A DNA stretch of 64,000 nucleotides from Pyrinomonadaceae bacterium (GTDB taxonomy: Bacteria > Acidobacteriota > Blastocatellia > Pyrinomonadales > Pyrinomonadaceae), in assembly GCA_046313635.1 (NCBI GenBank), contig JBKBYA010000002.1, forward strand, positions 320,001 through 384,000, in the 5' to 3' direction. This document shows positions 33,268 through 43,712 of this stretch, piece after piece. Position 1 is the first letter of the stretch. Every line of letters begins with the position of its first letter. The translations under genes were made by a program, and so were the position numbers. The notes under the pieces are model-generated. The model made no database searches. It saw nothing but the letters and a program-made list of their open reading frames with translations, and was not told the DNA's origin.

Positions 33268-33852
33268 ATGAAAATTGTATCGGCCGAATTTGTGAAGAGT
33301 GCCTATTCCAGGGAACATTGGGTGGACGACGGGCTCCCCGAGGTGGCGTTCCTTGGCCGTTCGAACGTCGGCAAGTCGTCGCTGATCAACTCGCTCCTCG
33401 GGCGTCGAGGGCTCGCTCGCACATCCAATACGCCGGGCCGCACGCAGTGCATCAACTACTTTCTGATCAACCGTCGGTTTTACTTTGTCGATCTGCCCGG
33501 CTACGGCTACGCGCGCGTGCCGCAGACGATGAGAAAGGATTGGGGACGAATGGCCGAGCAGTACCTCGGCGACAGCGAAGAGCTGCGGCTATGCATTCAG
33601 CTGGTCGACTCGCGACACGCTCCGACGATGCTCGACAAGCAGCTTCACGAGTGGCTCGTCCACCGCGACAGGCCGTACATAATCGCGGCAACCAAGGCCG
33701 ACAAGCTCTCGTCCAACCAACTGCGTAAAAACCTTGCACAGCTCAATTCACACCTGCCCGGAGCGAAGGTGATCGCCTACTCATCCGAGAACGGAATGGG
33801 CCGTGACGAGCTCTGGGCAAGGATACTTGAGGCGGTTGAAAATAATTTCTAG
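33268..33852 (+). CDS. engB: Ribosome biogenesis GTP-binding protein YihA/EngB
   Basis: GRSNVGKSS, TPGRT, DLPGYG, TKADK. Confidence 0.96.
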   Translation: MKIVSAEFVKSAYSREHWVDDGLPEVAFLGRSNVGKSSLINSLLGRRGLARTSNTPGRTQCINYFLINRRFYFVDLPGYGYARVPQTMRKDWGRMAEQYLGDSEELRLCIQLVDSRHAPTMLDKQLHEWLVHRDRPYIIAATKADKLSSNQLRKNLAQLNSHLPGAKVIAYSSENGMGRDELWARILEAVENNF

Positions 33853-34073
33853 ATAAGGGTTGCGTAGCCGAGCTAAATATAGTAAACAATAGCTATCCCT
33901 TAAACTCGAGATTTCTTGAGAGAGCTCCAGGGCTTATTTCATCGGAAGTACTGCGAACTACCCCAACGTTTTTCTCCGCATAGAAATTCAATTTTGAGAT
34001 CGAGTTTAAGTTCAGGTTTGAGGATCTCAGACAAAAACCACTGACAATTCGATTCCACATCAAACGGAAAACA

Positions 34074-35501
34074 ATGGCAACCAAAACTACTACAAAGCGG
34101 GGCAGGTCCACCACGAGTGGAGACGAAGTCCCCGAAAAGGCAGCCGACGAAGTGCTCGCCGACGGCGGAGAAAAAGGCGCTCCGTCCGACGCTGAGCAGC
34201 CGGCGGCTACGCCGGCCGCAGCCGCGGAAAAGCCCTCGGCCGAGAACGGACTGCTCAACCTCGCGGGCCTCAAAGATATGTCGATCAGCGAGCTGACGCA
34301 TATCGCTAAGGAAATGGGTATCGAGGGTGCGACCGGGCTTAGGAAGCAGGAGCTCATCTTTAAGGTACTTGCCGCGCAGACCGAGAAGAGCGGTCTTATC
34401 TTTTCTGAGGGAGTGCTCGAGACGCTGCCGGACGGATTCGGATTTCTCCGTGCGCCGGAGTACAACTACCTGCCGGGCCCGGACGATATTTATGTCAGCC
34501 CTTCGCAGATCCGGAAGTTCGATCTGCGGACCGGCGATACGGTCTCGGGCCAGATCCGCCCGCCGAAGGAGGGCGAACGTTATTTTGCGCTCATCAAGGT
34601 CGAGGCGATCAACTTTGAGGCACCCGAGCAGTCGCGCGAAAAAGTATTCTTTGACAATCTCACGCCTCTTTATCCGGACGAGCAGCTCCGAATGGAGACC
34701 ACGCCCGACAACATATCGGCGCGTGTCATAGATCTCGTCACCCCGATCGGCAAGGGGCAGCGTGCGCTGATCGTGGCTCCGCCGCGAACGGGCAAGACGA
34801 TGCTGCTGCAGACGATCGCCAACTCGATAACTCACAACCATCCGGAGGTCACGCTGATCGTCCTGCTGATCGACGAGCGTCCGGAAGAGGTTACCGATAT
34901 GCAGCGGTCGGTCAAGGGCGAGGTCATCTCGTCGACCTTTGACGAGCCGCCGACGCGGCACGTTCAGGTCGCCGATATGGTCATCGAAAAGGCCAAGCGC
35001 CTTGTCGAGCACAAGCGCGACGTGGTCATACTGCTTGACTCGATCACGCGTCTCGCACGCGCGCACAACGCGGTCGTGCCGCCGTCGGGCAAGATCCTCT
35101 CAGGCGGTATCGACTCGAACGCGCTGCAGCGTCCAAAGCGATTCTTTGGAGCGGCCCGCAATATCGAAGAGGGCGGCAGCCTGACGATCATCGCGACGGC
35201 GCTGATCGACACCGGCTCGCGAATGGACGACGTCATCTTTGAAGAATTCAAGGGAACCGGTAACTCCGAAATTCATCTCGACCGCCGTCTCAGCGACAAG
35301 CGTCTCTTTCCGGCGATCGATCTGCAGAGATCCGGAACGCGAAAAGAAGAGCTTCTCATCGGCAAGGAAGATCTCAATCGCATCTGGGTCATGCGACGCG
35401 TGCTCAACCCGCTGTCGCCGGTCGAGCAGATGGAGGTCGTGCTCGAACGTCTCGGCAAGACCAAGCAGAATTCGGAATTCCTCGCTTCGATGCAGTCGTA
35501 G
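34074..35501 (+). CDS. rho: Transcription termination factor Rho
   Basis: [43 protein letters not shown]. Confidence 0.98.
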   Translation: MATKTTTKRGRSTTSGDEVPEKAADEVLADGGEKGAPSDAEQPAATPAAAAEKPSAENGLLNLAGLKDMSISELTHIAKEMGIEGATGLRKQELIFKVLAAQTEKSGLIFSEGVLETLPDGFGFLRAPEYNYLPGPDDIYVSPSQIRKFDLRTGDTVSGQIRPPKEGERYFALIKVEAINFEAPEQSREKVFFDNLTPLYPDEQLRMETTPDNISARVIDLVTPIGKGQRALIVAPPRTGKTMLLQTIANSITHNHPEVTLIVLLIDERPEEVTDMQRSVKGEVISSTFDEPPTRHVQVADMVIEKAKRLVEHKRDVVILLDSITRLARAHNAVVPPSGKILSGGIDSNALQRPKRFFGAARNIEEGGSLTIIATALIDTGSRMDDVIFEEFKGTGNSEIHLDRRLSDKRLFPAIDLQRSGTRKEELLIGKEDLNRIWVMRRVLNPLSPVEQMEVVLERLGKTKQNSEFLASMQS

Positions 35502-35526
35502 CCGACGCGAGGTATGCGGTCACACC

Positions 35527-35565
35527 GGCGGAAGGCGGACGTGTTGTCGGCTTTCCGCCATTTTT
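35527..35565 (+). terminator. Intrinsic terminator after rho
   Basis: GGCGGAAG..CTTTCCGCC stem plus T5. Confidence 0.65.
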
Positions 35566-35623
35566 ATGTTCGGCAATTGGCGGCCGTGCGCCGCCTTATT
35601 AAACTGGAATCGGTCGACTCGAT

Positions 35624-37045
35624 ATGCGAATAGCGGTCGTATCCGCGGAGGCGGTCCCTTACTCAAAGACCGGCGGTCTCGGCGATGTCGCCGGGGCCTT
35701 GCCCAAGGCGCTGCGCCGCATCGGCGTTGACGCCTTCCTCGTCACGCCCTGCTATCTGCAGACCAAAGGCGAGCTTCTCCGGCACACGGCGGTTGACGAT
35801 CTGAATGTCGAGTGGCGCGGCGGCGTGTACCGGGCCCGCGCGTTTTACAGCGAGGCCAACGGCTCGCCGACATTCTTGATCGACGCGCCGTCTTACTTTC
35901 ACCGCGATTCGATATACGGCTATCGTGAGGATCACGAGCGCTTCGCTTTCTTCAACCACGCGGCGCTTGAATTGATAAAGCGTCTCGGAGCCTCGCCCGA
36001 CATCGTGCACCTCAACGACTGGCATTGCGGATTTGCCGCCGTCGAGATCGCGGAGCGGCGGAGGTGGGACGAATACTGGCGAAACACGCGAACCGTCTTT
36101 TCGATCCACAACATGGCGTACCAGGGCGGCTTTGACGCGGGCGAGCTGTGGAAGTTCGGATTCGGCAGCGAGTTTGCAAGGAACGCGTTCGCCTTCGACG
36201 GCTATGCGTCGGCGATGAAGGCCGGCCTCGAGGTCGCCGACACCTTGTCGACCGTCTCGCGGCGTTACGCGAGAGAGATCCAAACCCCGGAGTACGGTCA
36301 CGGTCTGGAATGGCTGACGCGAAAGCGCTCCGATCGCCTGATCGGTATCACGAACGGCGTCGATTACGAAGTGTGGGACCCGGCGACCGATCCGGAGATA
36401 CCCGCGAATTTCAGCATCGACGATCCCACCGGCAAGCGAGAGTGCAAGCGGCGCCTTCTCGAAGAATTCATGCTGCCCGTCGATCTGGATCGTCCGGTCC
36501 TGGCTTCGATCAGTCGTTTGACCGCTCAAAAGGGGATCGATCTGATCATGCAGGTCGCCGGCGAGATCCTGGCTGCCGGAGCGTACATCATCTCGCTCGG
36601 ATCGGGCGAGCAGAAATACGAAGACTTTTGGCAGCGTCTGCGTGACGCGGCCCCACGGCAGGTCGGCATTTATCGCGGCTACAGCGAAACGCTCTCGCAC
36701 CGGATCGAGGCCGGGGCCGATATGTTCATGATGCCGTCGCGCTTTGAGCCTTGCGGACTGAACCAGATGTATTCGCTCCGCTACGGCACGGTACCGATCG
36801 TACACGCCGTCGGAGGACTCGACGATACCGTACAGACATTCGACGTCGTCACCGGACGAGGAAACGGATTCAAGTTTCATGCGTACCGCGCCGACCGATT
36901 TCTCGAGCGGATCTACGAGGCGATGTACGCCTATGCCGACCCCGACACGTGGCGAAAGATCCAGATCAACGGGATGCGTGAGGACAACTCGTGGGAGCAC
37001 GCCGCGGCGGCGTATGTCGAGCTGTACAAATGGACGCTGAACTGA
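35624..37045 (+). CDS. glgA: Glycogen synthase
   Basis: KTGGLGDV, HLNDWH, HNMAYQG, PSRFEPCGLNQ, GGLDDTV. Confidence 0.96.
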   Translation: MRIAVVSAEAVPYSKTGGLGDVAGALPKALRRIGVDAFLVTPCYLQTKGELLRHTAVDDLNVEWRGGVYRARAFYSEANGSPTFLIDAPSYFHRDSIYGYREDHERFAFFNHAALELIKRLGASPDIVHLNDWHCGFAAVEIAERRRWDEYWRNTRTVFSIHNMAYQGGFDAGELWKFGFGSEFARNAFAFDGYASAMKAGLEVADTLSTVSRRYAREIQTPEYGHGLEWLTRKRSDRLIGITNGVDYEVWDPATDPEIPANFSIDDPTGKRECKRRLLEEFMLPVDLDRPVLASISRLTAQKGIDLIMQVAGEILAAGAYIISLGSGEQKYEDFWQRLRDAAPRQVGIYRGYSETLSHRIEAGADMFMMPSRFEPCGLNQMYSLRYGTVPIVHAVGGLDDTVQTFDVVTGRGNGFKFHAYRADRFLERIYEAMYAYADPDTWRKIQINGMREDNSWEHAAAAYVELYKWTLN

Positions 37046-37605
37046 GACGTCATTTCCGCATTGACGACCAGACGACGATGCGCGCCTTTTGCAAAGAGGA
37101 CGCAGAGGCGATCTACGCGTGCGTCATTCGTAACCGCGACCACCTTTCGCCTTTCATGCATTGGATGACGCCGGATTATTCGTTCGAGTCCGCGCGACGA
37201 TTTGTCGACGAGGGCCGAAGAGCTGTCGCCGAGCGTGCGGGCCTTTCGCTCGGTATTTTTCGAGCGGGTGAGTTCGTCGGTTCGGCAGCACTTGTCTACA
37301 TCGACCATATTTCGCGAAAGACCGAGATCGGGTATTGGATCGACAGAATGTACGAAGGGCGAGGGCTCGTTTCGGCTGCGTGTTGTGTATTGATAGAATA
37401 TGCCTTCGGCGAACTCGAGATGAATCGCGTCGAGATACGGTGCGCGACCGAGAATGTGAGAAGCTCCGCGATACCGGAGCGCTTGGGTTTTACTCTCGAA
37501 GGCGTGCTCCGACAGGTCGAAATGCGCGGCGGCCGGCTGCACGACTTTGCGATCTACGGCCTGCTCGCCGACGAGTGGCATTCGCGCCGGAACAGAATTC
37601 TATGA
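37030..37605 (+). CDS. RimJ/RimL-family GNAT N-acetyltransferase
   Basis: EIGYWID..GRGLVS, NRVEIRCATENVRSSAIPERLGF. Confidence 0.9.
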   Translation: MDAELRRHFRIDDQTTMRAFCKEDAEAIYACVIRNRDHLSPFMHWMTPDYSFESARRFVDEGRRAVAERAGLSLGIFRAGEFVGSAALVYIDHISRKTEIGYWIDRMYEGRGLVSAACCVLIEYAFGELEMNRVEIRCATENVRSSAIPERLGFTLEGVLRQVEMRGGRLHDFAIYGLLADEWHSRRNRIL

Positions 37606-38924
37606 TCATCGTGATAATCGGGGCCCAATGGGGCGACGAAGGAAAGGGCAAGGTCGTCGACCTGCTCGCGGATCGTTTTGACGTCGTGTCGCGGTATCAG
37701 GGCGGGCATAACGCGGGCCACAGCGTGTATGTGGGCGACAAGTCGTTCGTACTGCGCCTCTTGCCGTCGGGGATCATTCATCCGGACAAGACCTGCGTGC
37801 TCGGCAACGGGATGGTCATCGATCCGAAGGCCTTCTTTGAAGAGGTAGATCAGATCGGCGAACAGGGGATCGAGGTCTCGCCGGACCGGCTCAAGGTCTC
37901 GAGCCGGGCACACCTCATAATGCCGTATCACCGCGCGCTCGATCATACGTCCGAGGAGCGGCTCGGCAACGAAAAGATCGGAACGACGCTGCGCGGCATC
38001 GGCCCCGCGTATGAGGACAAGGCCGGCCGCCGCGGCATACGCGTCGCCGACGCTCTATCGCCAGAGATACTGCGAATGCGGATCGAGCGCAATCTCGAAG
38101 AGGCAAACCGCATCATCGTGCTCTACGGCCACCAGCCGCTGCGGGCCGACGAGATCTACGACGAGGTCGCCCCGCTGATCGAGCGCCTCCGGCCGTACGT
38201 CTGCGAGACCTCGCATTTCCTCTCCGAATCGCGAAGGGCGAATAAAAAGATACTGCTCGAGGGAGCGCAGGCAACGCTGCTCGACGTCGACCACGGGACC
38301 TATCCGTACGTCACGTCGTCCAATCCGACGGCGGGCGGGGCCTCGGTCGGCGCGGGAATCCCGCCGCATCACATCAGCGGCGTTCTCGGCATCGTCCGAA
38401 CCTATGCGACCCGCGTCGGCGAGGGGCCGTTCCCGACCGAAATGCTCGACGCCGAAGAGGACACCGCCGATCTGATCCGCGAACGCGGCAACGAGTACGG
38501 CTCGGTGACCCGCCGGCCGCGGCGCTGCGGGTGGTTTGACGCCGTCGCCACACGTTACGCGGCCGAACTCAACGGATTTGATTCGATCGCGCTGACCAAG
38601 CTCGACGTGCTCGACGCACTGCCCGAGATCAAGGTTTGTACCGGCTACGAGATCGACGGACAAAGGATCGACACATTTCCGGCCGTCTCGCACGACCTGC
38701 GAAAGATCAAGCCGGTTTACGAGACGCTGCCGGGCTGGCGAACCGACACTCTCGGTGTGACAAATTTTGATGAGCTGCCCGCGCGAGCTCAGGATTACGT
38801 GAGATTCCTCTCCGAGAGGATCGGGGTCGAGATCGGTCTGATCTCGACAGGGCCCGAGCGCGATCAGACGATCATTCTGCCCCAGTCGACGATGGAAAGC
38901 TGGTTTGCTCCGGCGGCGGAATAG
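37602..38924 (+). CDS. purA: Adenylosuccinate synthetase
   Basis: GAQWGDEGKGK, GGHNAGH, EGAQATLLD, RRCGWFD. Confidence 0.98.
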   Translation: MIIVIIGAQWGDEGKGKVVDLLADRFDVVSRYQGGHNAGHSVYVGDKSFVLRLLPSGIIHPDKTCVLGNGMVIDPKAFFEEVDQIGEQGIEVSPDRLKVSSRAHLIMPYHRALDHTSEERLGNEKIGTTLRGIGPAYEDKAGRRGIRVADALSPEILRMRIERNLEEANRIIVLYGHQPLRADEIYDEVAPLIERLRPYVCETSHFLSESRRANKKILLEGAQATLLDVDHGTYPYVTSSNPTAGGASVGAGIPPHHISGVLGIVRTYATRVGEGPFPTEMLDAEEDTADLIRERGNEYGSVTRRPRRCGWFDAVATRYAAELNGFDSIALTKLDVLDALPEIKVCTGYEIDGQRIDTFPAVSHDLRKIKPVYETLPGWRTDTLGVTNFDELPARAQDYVRFLSERIGVEIGLISTGPERDQTIILPQSTMESWFAPAAE

Positions 38925-38961
38925 ACAAGTTTGAGGCCATCGTTATAAAATTTTGCTTCGT

Positions 38962-39037
38962 GGTCCGATAGCTCAGTCGGTAGAGCAAATGGCTTTTAAC
39001 CATTGGGTCCCAGGTTCGAGTCCTGGTCGGATCACCA
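38962..39037 (+). tRNA. tRNA-Lys(TTT)
   Basis: GGTCCGATAGCTCAGTCGGTAGAGC AATGG-CTTTTAA-CCATT ..GTTCGAGTCC..ACCA; 76 nt. Confidence 0.97.
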
Positions 39038-39053
39038 AAAATTCTGATAGTCG

Positions 39054-39078
39054 AGACCGGCAAGACCGGTCTTTTTTT
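39054..39078 (+). terminator. Terminator after tRNA-Lys
   Basis: AGACCGG/CCGGTCT stem plus T-run. Confidence 0.8.
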
Positions 39079-39340
39079 CGTTGAGCCCTCGCCTCGAGCC
39101 GGTCCAATAACCATTTAATTTTCAGTAATTTGGATTGTGTATTCCAGAAGACAGATTGCCTGCGCCGATTAACCTACCTTTCAATCATTCAATTTAATGC
39201 GAACCGCCTTTGAACCTTGAAGGCCTATACCGCACGCGGGAGTGTTTCAGCATACTTGCGGTTCCCAAATTTTTTCCCGGTACCCTCATCCCGCCGGGGG
39301 TGTGCCGTCAACAAGTTAGATCACAGGGAGGATTACTCAA

Positions 39341-42300
39341 ATGCAGGACAACAGTCATAGTGTCCGACGCACATTTTGGAGCAAGAGGAGTTTTGTCATT
39401 GCTCTGACCCTCAGCGTCGGATTGCTGCTTGTGGGGGCATTGATCTTTGGCCCCGCGGCCGACACCACAAAGGTCGCCGCAGCACAGCAAGACGCGCGAA
39501 GCGGGGTTTCTGATGAAGCCTTGGCCATCGCCCTTGGACTCAGAGCGGCTGGCGACTACAACGCCTTTGGCGAAAAGGGACTGACCGCCAGCGGCGGCAG
39601 TGTCGACATCCGCGGCAACGCGGGCTCGGCCGGCAAGGTGACCGGCGACAGCCTTCGGGCCGATACGGGCAACCCTGAGGCCGCTGCTAAGGCGCTCGGC
39701 GACGTAATGTCGTTCGTCAATCAGCTGCCTTGTACCGTCGTCGACTCGAACGACCTGTCGGGGCGCGTGTTCGGACCTGGAGTTTACTGTCTGTCGTCGG
39801 CCAGTCTCGCCGGTGAAATGACACTTGACGCAGGCGGCAACGCGAACGCGGCTTTCGTATTTCGTGTCGCTCGCTCGTTCTCGACGGGCGAAGATTCAAC
39901 CATCAGCTTGGCGGGCGGCGCTCGCACGGGCAACGTCTACATCGTGGCCGGTGAGACGATCACCATCGGTGCCGACAGCGAGATCAACGCAAACCTGATC
40001 TCTGGCGGCGATATCAATGTGAATCGGGATTCGACCGTCGGCGGCCGTGCGCTTGCTAAAGGCGAACTCTCGGTAAACGACGCTCAGTTGGGCGGCGGCA
40101 GCGGCTACGTCGAGATCTGTAAGGACCTCGATCAGACCTTCCCCGCACCTACCCAGAACTACACCTTCACGATCGGCAGCCAGACGATCACGGTTCCGGC
40201 CGGTCAGTGCTCGGCCCCGATACAGGTTCCGGTCCCGGCCGGCGGCGGCTCGGTGACGATCACCGAAGGCACCGTTGCCAACACGCAGGTCAGCGACATT
40301 CGCACCTTCCTGGCCAACGGCACGCCGGCTCCCGACAGGCTGCTCGCGGGCACCAACCGTGCGACGCGTACGGCGGTCGTGTTTGTTCCCGAGGTGGGCG
40401 GCGTCGAGAATGAGACGCTTGTCCGCTTCACCAATCGTGCTACGCGTACCGGTACGATCGAGATCTGTAAGAATCCGCTCGACACTGATGTCACCGGACC
40501 GTGGACCTATACCCTTCCGGGTACGGGCGTCGAGCCAAACCCGACGGTTACCGTATTTACAGGCTCATGCTCGCTGCCGATCACCGTTACGATCCCGAGC
40601 AATGTCGCGACGGGAAGCCCCTTCGTCATTCGCGTGACGGAGCTCGGACGTGAGACCTACAGGTTCGAAAGTGCCTTTACCCGACCGGCTAACCGGTTTG
40701 TCGGCCAGGGCTTCAATCCCGACAACGGCGGCTTTGCCGACATCCAGGTGATCGCGGGCAGCACGGCGACCAACCAGACGACGGTCGTCTTCAACAATCG
40801 GTCGCTCCCGGGCCGCATCAAGGTCTGTAAGATCACGGCAGACACCTCGACGATCCCGACCGGAACCGTCTTCCGGTTCAACGTACGAGGCATCACCTCT
40901 GTCGGCGGCGAACCTGTTGCCGAGGTCGTGACCGTTCAGGCCGGCCCGGCGTCGCAGGGCGGCTTCTGCCAGTTCACGGCGAACAATTACGTGGTTGGCA
41001 GCACGGTCCGCGTCGACGAGACCGACAACATTACGGGTCTGCCGAGCGGAATCACGGCCGACATGGTCCGTACGTCCGACATCAGCTCGCTGCCGGCGGG
41101 TACGCTCGTGAATGCCGTTATCGGCAATCCGCGGGTCGAGACCGGCGTCATCTCGCGGGCAGACGTGGTCCAGCGCAACGCTCTGACGACGGTCACGTTC
41201 ACCAACTACGTCTTCCGACCGGCGGTGATCAAGTTGTGTAAGGCACTTGGAGCAAACACGACGGCGGCGGATGCGACGCGTATGTTCACGTTCAACATCG
41301 CACTTGCCGATCCGCTTGTGAGCCGACCGCTGACGCAGACGTCTGTGAACATCCAGGCCGGACACTGTGTGTTCCTGAACGGTCCGTTCGCGCCGGTCCC
41401 GGCGTTCGATCCGACGATCGGAACGTTCAACTTCAACACGCGGCTGATCATCACCGAGGTCGTCCCGACGGGCTTTAACGCTCCGGTCGTGACCTCGCCG
41501 ACCGGCTGCAGCGTAACGGGAACGACCAACGGCGGCAACGTGCTGATCTGCAACCGGATCGACGGTCCGTCGCCGGCGGGCATCAACGAGTACATCTTTA
41601 CGAACTCGCGGCCCGCAGCGGGTCCGAACCCGGGCAGTCTGGCCGTAAGGCTCGACTTTGACGGTGACCGCCGTGCCGATGTCGCCATCTTCCGTCCGTC
41701 GACGGGAACGTGGTGGTACGCCGCCAGCACCGCCAACGGACAGCCGCGTGCCGGTCAGTTCGGTGCGGACGGCGACAAGCCGATCCCGGCCGACTTTGAC
41801 GGCGACGGCAGGATGGACTACGCGGTCTATCGCGGCGGCCAGTGGCATATCCAGCAGAGCTCGGACGGTACCTACAAGGGCTACACGTTCGGTCTCGCGA
41901 CGGATGTCCCGCAGCCGGGCGACTTTGACGGCGACGGCAAGGCAGACCTTGCGGTCTATCGTCCGTCGGACGGCTCGTGGCACGTCTTCCGCTCGACCAA
42001 CAGCTCGTACTATGCGTTCCCGTTCGGCATCTCGACCGATCTTCCGATCGCGGCAGATTACGACGGCGACGGACGCATGGATCCGGCTGTCTATCGAGAC
42101 GGCACATGGCACCTGCTCCGCAGCACCGCCGGCTACACCGCTCTCAGCTGGGGCAACTCGACCGACAGGGCGATCCCGGCCGACTACGACGGTGACGGCA
42201 AGGCCGACGCGGCCGTCTATCGCGGCGGACAGTGGTACATCCTGCGCTCGACCGGCGGCGTCGACTCGTTCGTCCTCGGCGGCGGCAGCGATGCTCCGAC

Positions 42301-42454
42301 ACCGGCCGACTACGACGGCGACGGCAAGGTCGATCCCGCGGTCTACCGCAGCTCGACCTCGACCTGGACCGTACGGTACTCAGGCGCAGGCAGCTCGCAG
42401 TCGCCCGCAACGATCACGTTCGGCGCGGCTGGCGACATGATCATGCCGTTCTAA
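39341..42454 (+). CDS. Large surface protein: DUF3494 ice-binding-like domain, four Ig-like repeats and FG-GAP/VCBS repeats
   Basis: Signal/TM; LSGRVFGPGVYC..MTLDAGGNANAAFVF..GRALA; four xxxCK...FxN repeats; six D(F/Y)DGDxx repeats; GGAGG RBS. Confidence 0.88.
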   Translation: MQDNSHSVRRTFWSKRSFVIALTLSVGLLLVGALIFGPAADTTKVAAAQQDARSGVSDEALAIALGLRAAGDYNAFGEKGLTASGGSVDIRGNAGSAGKVTGDSLRADTGNPEAAAKALGDVMSFVNQLPCTVVDSNDLSGRVFGPGVYCLSSASLAGEMTLDAGGNANAAFVFRVARSFSTGEDSTISLAGGARTGNVYIVAGETITIGADSEINANLISGGDINVNRDSTVGGRALAKGELSVNDAQLGGGSGYVEICKDLDQTFPAPTQNYTFTIGSQTITVPAGQCSAPIQVPVPAGGGSVTITEGTVANTQVSDIRTFLANGTPAPDRLLAGTNRATRTAVVFVPEVGGVENETLVRFTNRATRTGTIEICKNPLDTDVTGPWTYTLPGTGVEPNPTVTVFTGSCSLPITVTIPSNVATGSPFVIRVTELGRETYRFESAFTRPANRFVGQGFNPDNGGFADIQVIAGSTATNQTTVVFNNRSLPGRIKVCKITADTSTIPTGTVFRFNVRGITSVGGEPVAEVVTVQAGPASQGGFCQFTANNYVVGSTVRVDETDNITGLPSGITADMVRTSDISSLPAGTLVNAVIGNPRVETGVISRADVVQRNALTTVTFTNYVFRPAVIKLCKALGANTTAADATRMFTFNIALADPLVSRPLTQTSVNIQAGHCVFLNGPFAPVPAFDPTIGTFNFNTRLIITEVVPTGFNAPVVTSPTGCSVTGTTNGGNVLICNRIDGPSPAGINEYIFTNSRPAAGPNPGSLAVRLDFDGDRRADVAIFRPSTGTWWYAASTANGQPRAGQFGADGDKPIPADFDGDGRMDYAVYRGGQWHIQQSSDGTYKGYTFGLATDVPQPGDFDGDGKADLAVYRPSDGSWHVFRSTNSSYYAFPFGISTDLPIAADYDGDGRMDPAVYRDGTWHLLRSTAGYTALSWGNSTDRAIPADYDGDGKADAAVYRGGQWYILRSTGGVDSFVLGGGSDAPTPADYDGDGKVDPAVYRSSTSTWTVRYSGAGSSQSPATITFGAAGDMIMPF

Positions 42455-42486
42455 CAGGTGATTCCCGAGAGATCGGGATGGTTGAC

Positions 42487-42520
42487 AGGGCACGGGCCGT
42501 AAAGGCCCGTGCCCTTTTTT
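42487..42520 (+). terminator. Intrinsic terminator
   Basis: 12-bp stem AGGGCACGGGCC/GGCCCGTGCCCT plus T-run. Confidence 0.88.
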
Positions 42521-42524
42521 GTAT

Positions 42525-43712
42525 TCAGCGAGAGGCGGTCAACGCGTCAACGACCGCACGGACCGAAAAGTATCCCATCAGCAAAACGACCAGCCAGCCG
42601 GCGGCGGACATATAGACCGGATGCCGGTATTCGCCGGTAATTTTCTTTTGCCTCGCGGCGAGCAGGACGATCGAGAGACCGACAGGCAGGATAAAACCGT
42701 TGACGGTCCCCGCCCAGATCAGCAGCTGGACAGGCCGGCCGACCGCGAGAAAGACGGCTGCGGAAACGACTATGAAAACGATAACCGCCGCGTTATTGTG
42801 CTTCTCGAGCCGCGGGTGGAGAGTTTTGAGGAACGAGATCGACGTGTACGCCGCACCGACGACAGAGGTGATCGCCGCCGCCCACATGACGACGCCGAAC
42901 ATCCTCGATCCAAGATCGCCCGCCGCAGCCCGAAAGACCGAGGCCGGCGGATTAGCGGCGTCGAGTGTCGAGCCCGCATAGATCACGCCGAAGGCGGCCA
43001 AAAACAAAAGTGCGCGGATCACCGCCGTCAGAGCGATGCCGGTCACCGCGCCCCTGTCGACCGACCGCAGCGAATGTCGTCCCACGATGCCCGCGTCGAT
43101 CAGTCGATGGGCACCTGCAAAGGTGATATAGCCTCCGACCGTGCCGCCGACAAGCGTGACGATCGCACGCGCATCGATCTTGTCAGGCCAAACTGTTTTG
43201 AGTGCGGCATCACCGAGCGGCGGCCCTGACGCGACGACGACGTAGACGATCAATCCGATCATCAGCACGCCCAGCAGCTTTACAAAGAGGTCCATCGCCC
43301 GCCCTGCTTCGCGGACGACGAAGATCGCGATGGCGACGGCTGCGCTCGCGGCGGCGCCGTATTCGGGCCTGATCCCGGCGAGAGCATTGAGGCCGAGTCC
43401 GCAGCCCGCGATATTCCCGATGTTAAAGACAAGTCCGCCGAATACGACGAGTGCGGCCAAGAGGTAGCCCGAGCCGCGAATGGTCTCGTTCGCGACGTCC
43501 TGCGCACGCTTGCCCGAGACGGTCAGGACCCGCCAGATGTTGAGCTGAGCAAAAATGTCGAGCACGACCGACAGCAGTATCACAAAGCCAAAGCTGCCCA
43601 GCAGCTGACCCGTAAAGACGGCGGTCTGCGTAAGAAAGCCTGGGCCGACGGCCGACGTCGCCATCAGGAATGCGGCCCCGAGCAGGGCCGAGGCGACGGG
43701 CGTTCGTTTCAT
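42525..43712 (-). CDS. YcsG-like NRAMP-family transporter (5-oxoproline-associated)
   Basis: LMATSAVGPGFLTQT, GGTVGGYITFAGAHRL; directly follows pxpA. Confidence 0.88.
   Translation of the reverse strand: MKRTPVASALLGAAFLMATSAVGPGFLTQTAVFTGQLLGSFGFVILLSVVLDIFAQLNIWRVLTVSGKRAQDVANETIRGSGYLLAALVVFGGLVFNIGNIAGCGLGLNALAGIRPEYGAAASAAVAIAIFVVREAGRAMDLFVKLLGVLMIGLIVYVVVASGPPLGDAALKTVWPDKIDARAIVTLVGGTVGGYITFAGAHRLIDAGIVGRHSLRSVDRGAVTGIALTAVIRALLFLAAFGVIYAGSTLDAANPPASVFRAAAGDLGSRMFGVVMWAAAITSVVGAAYTSISFLKTLHPRLEKHNNAAVIVFIVVSAAVFLAVGRPVQLLIWAGTVNGFILPVGLSIVLLAARQKKITGEYRHPVYMSAAGWLVVLLMGYFSVRAVVDALTASR

Noticed and set aside
38962..42520. Genomic island integrated at tRNA-Lys
   Set aside because: No integrase and no duplicated tRNA 3' end found; the gene has a lineage-typical FG-GAP tail
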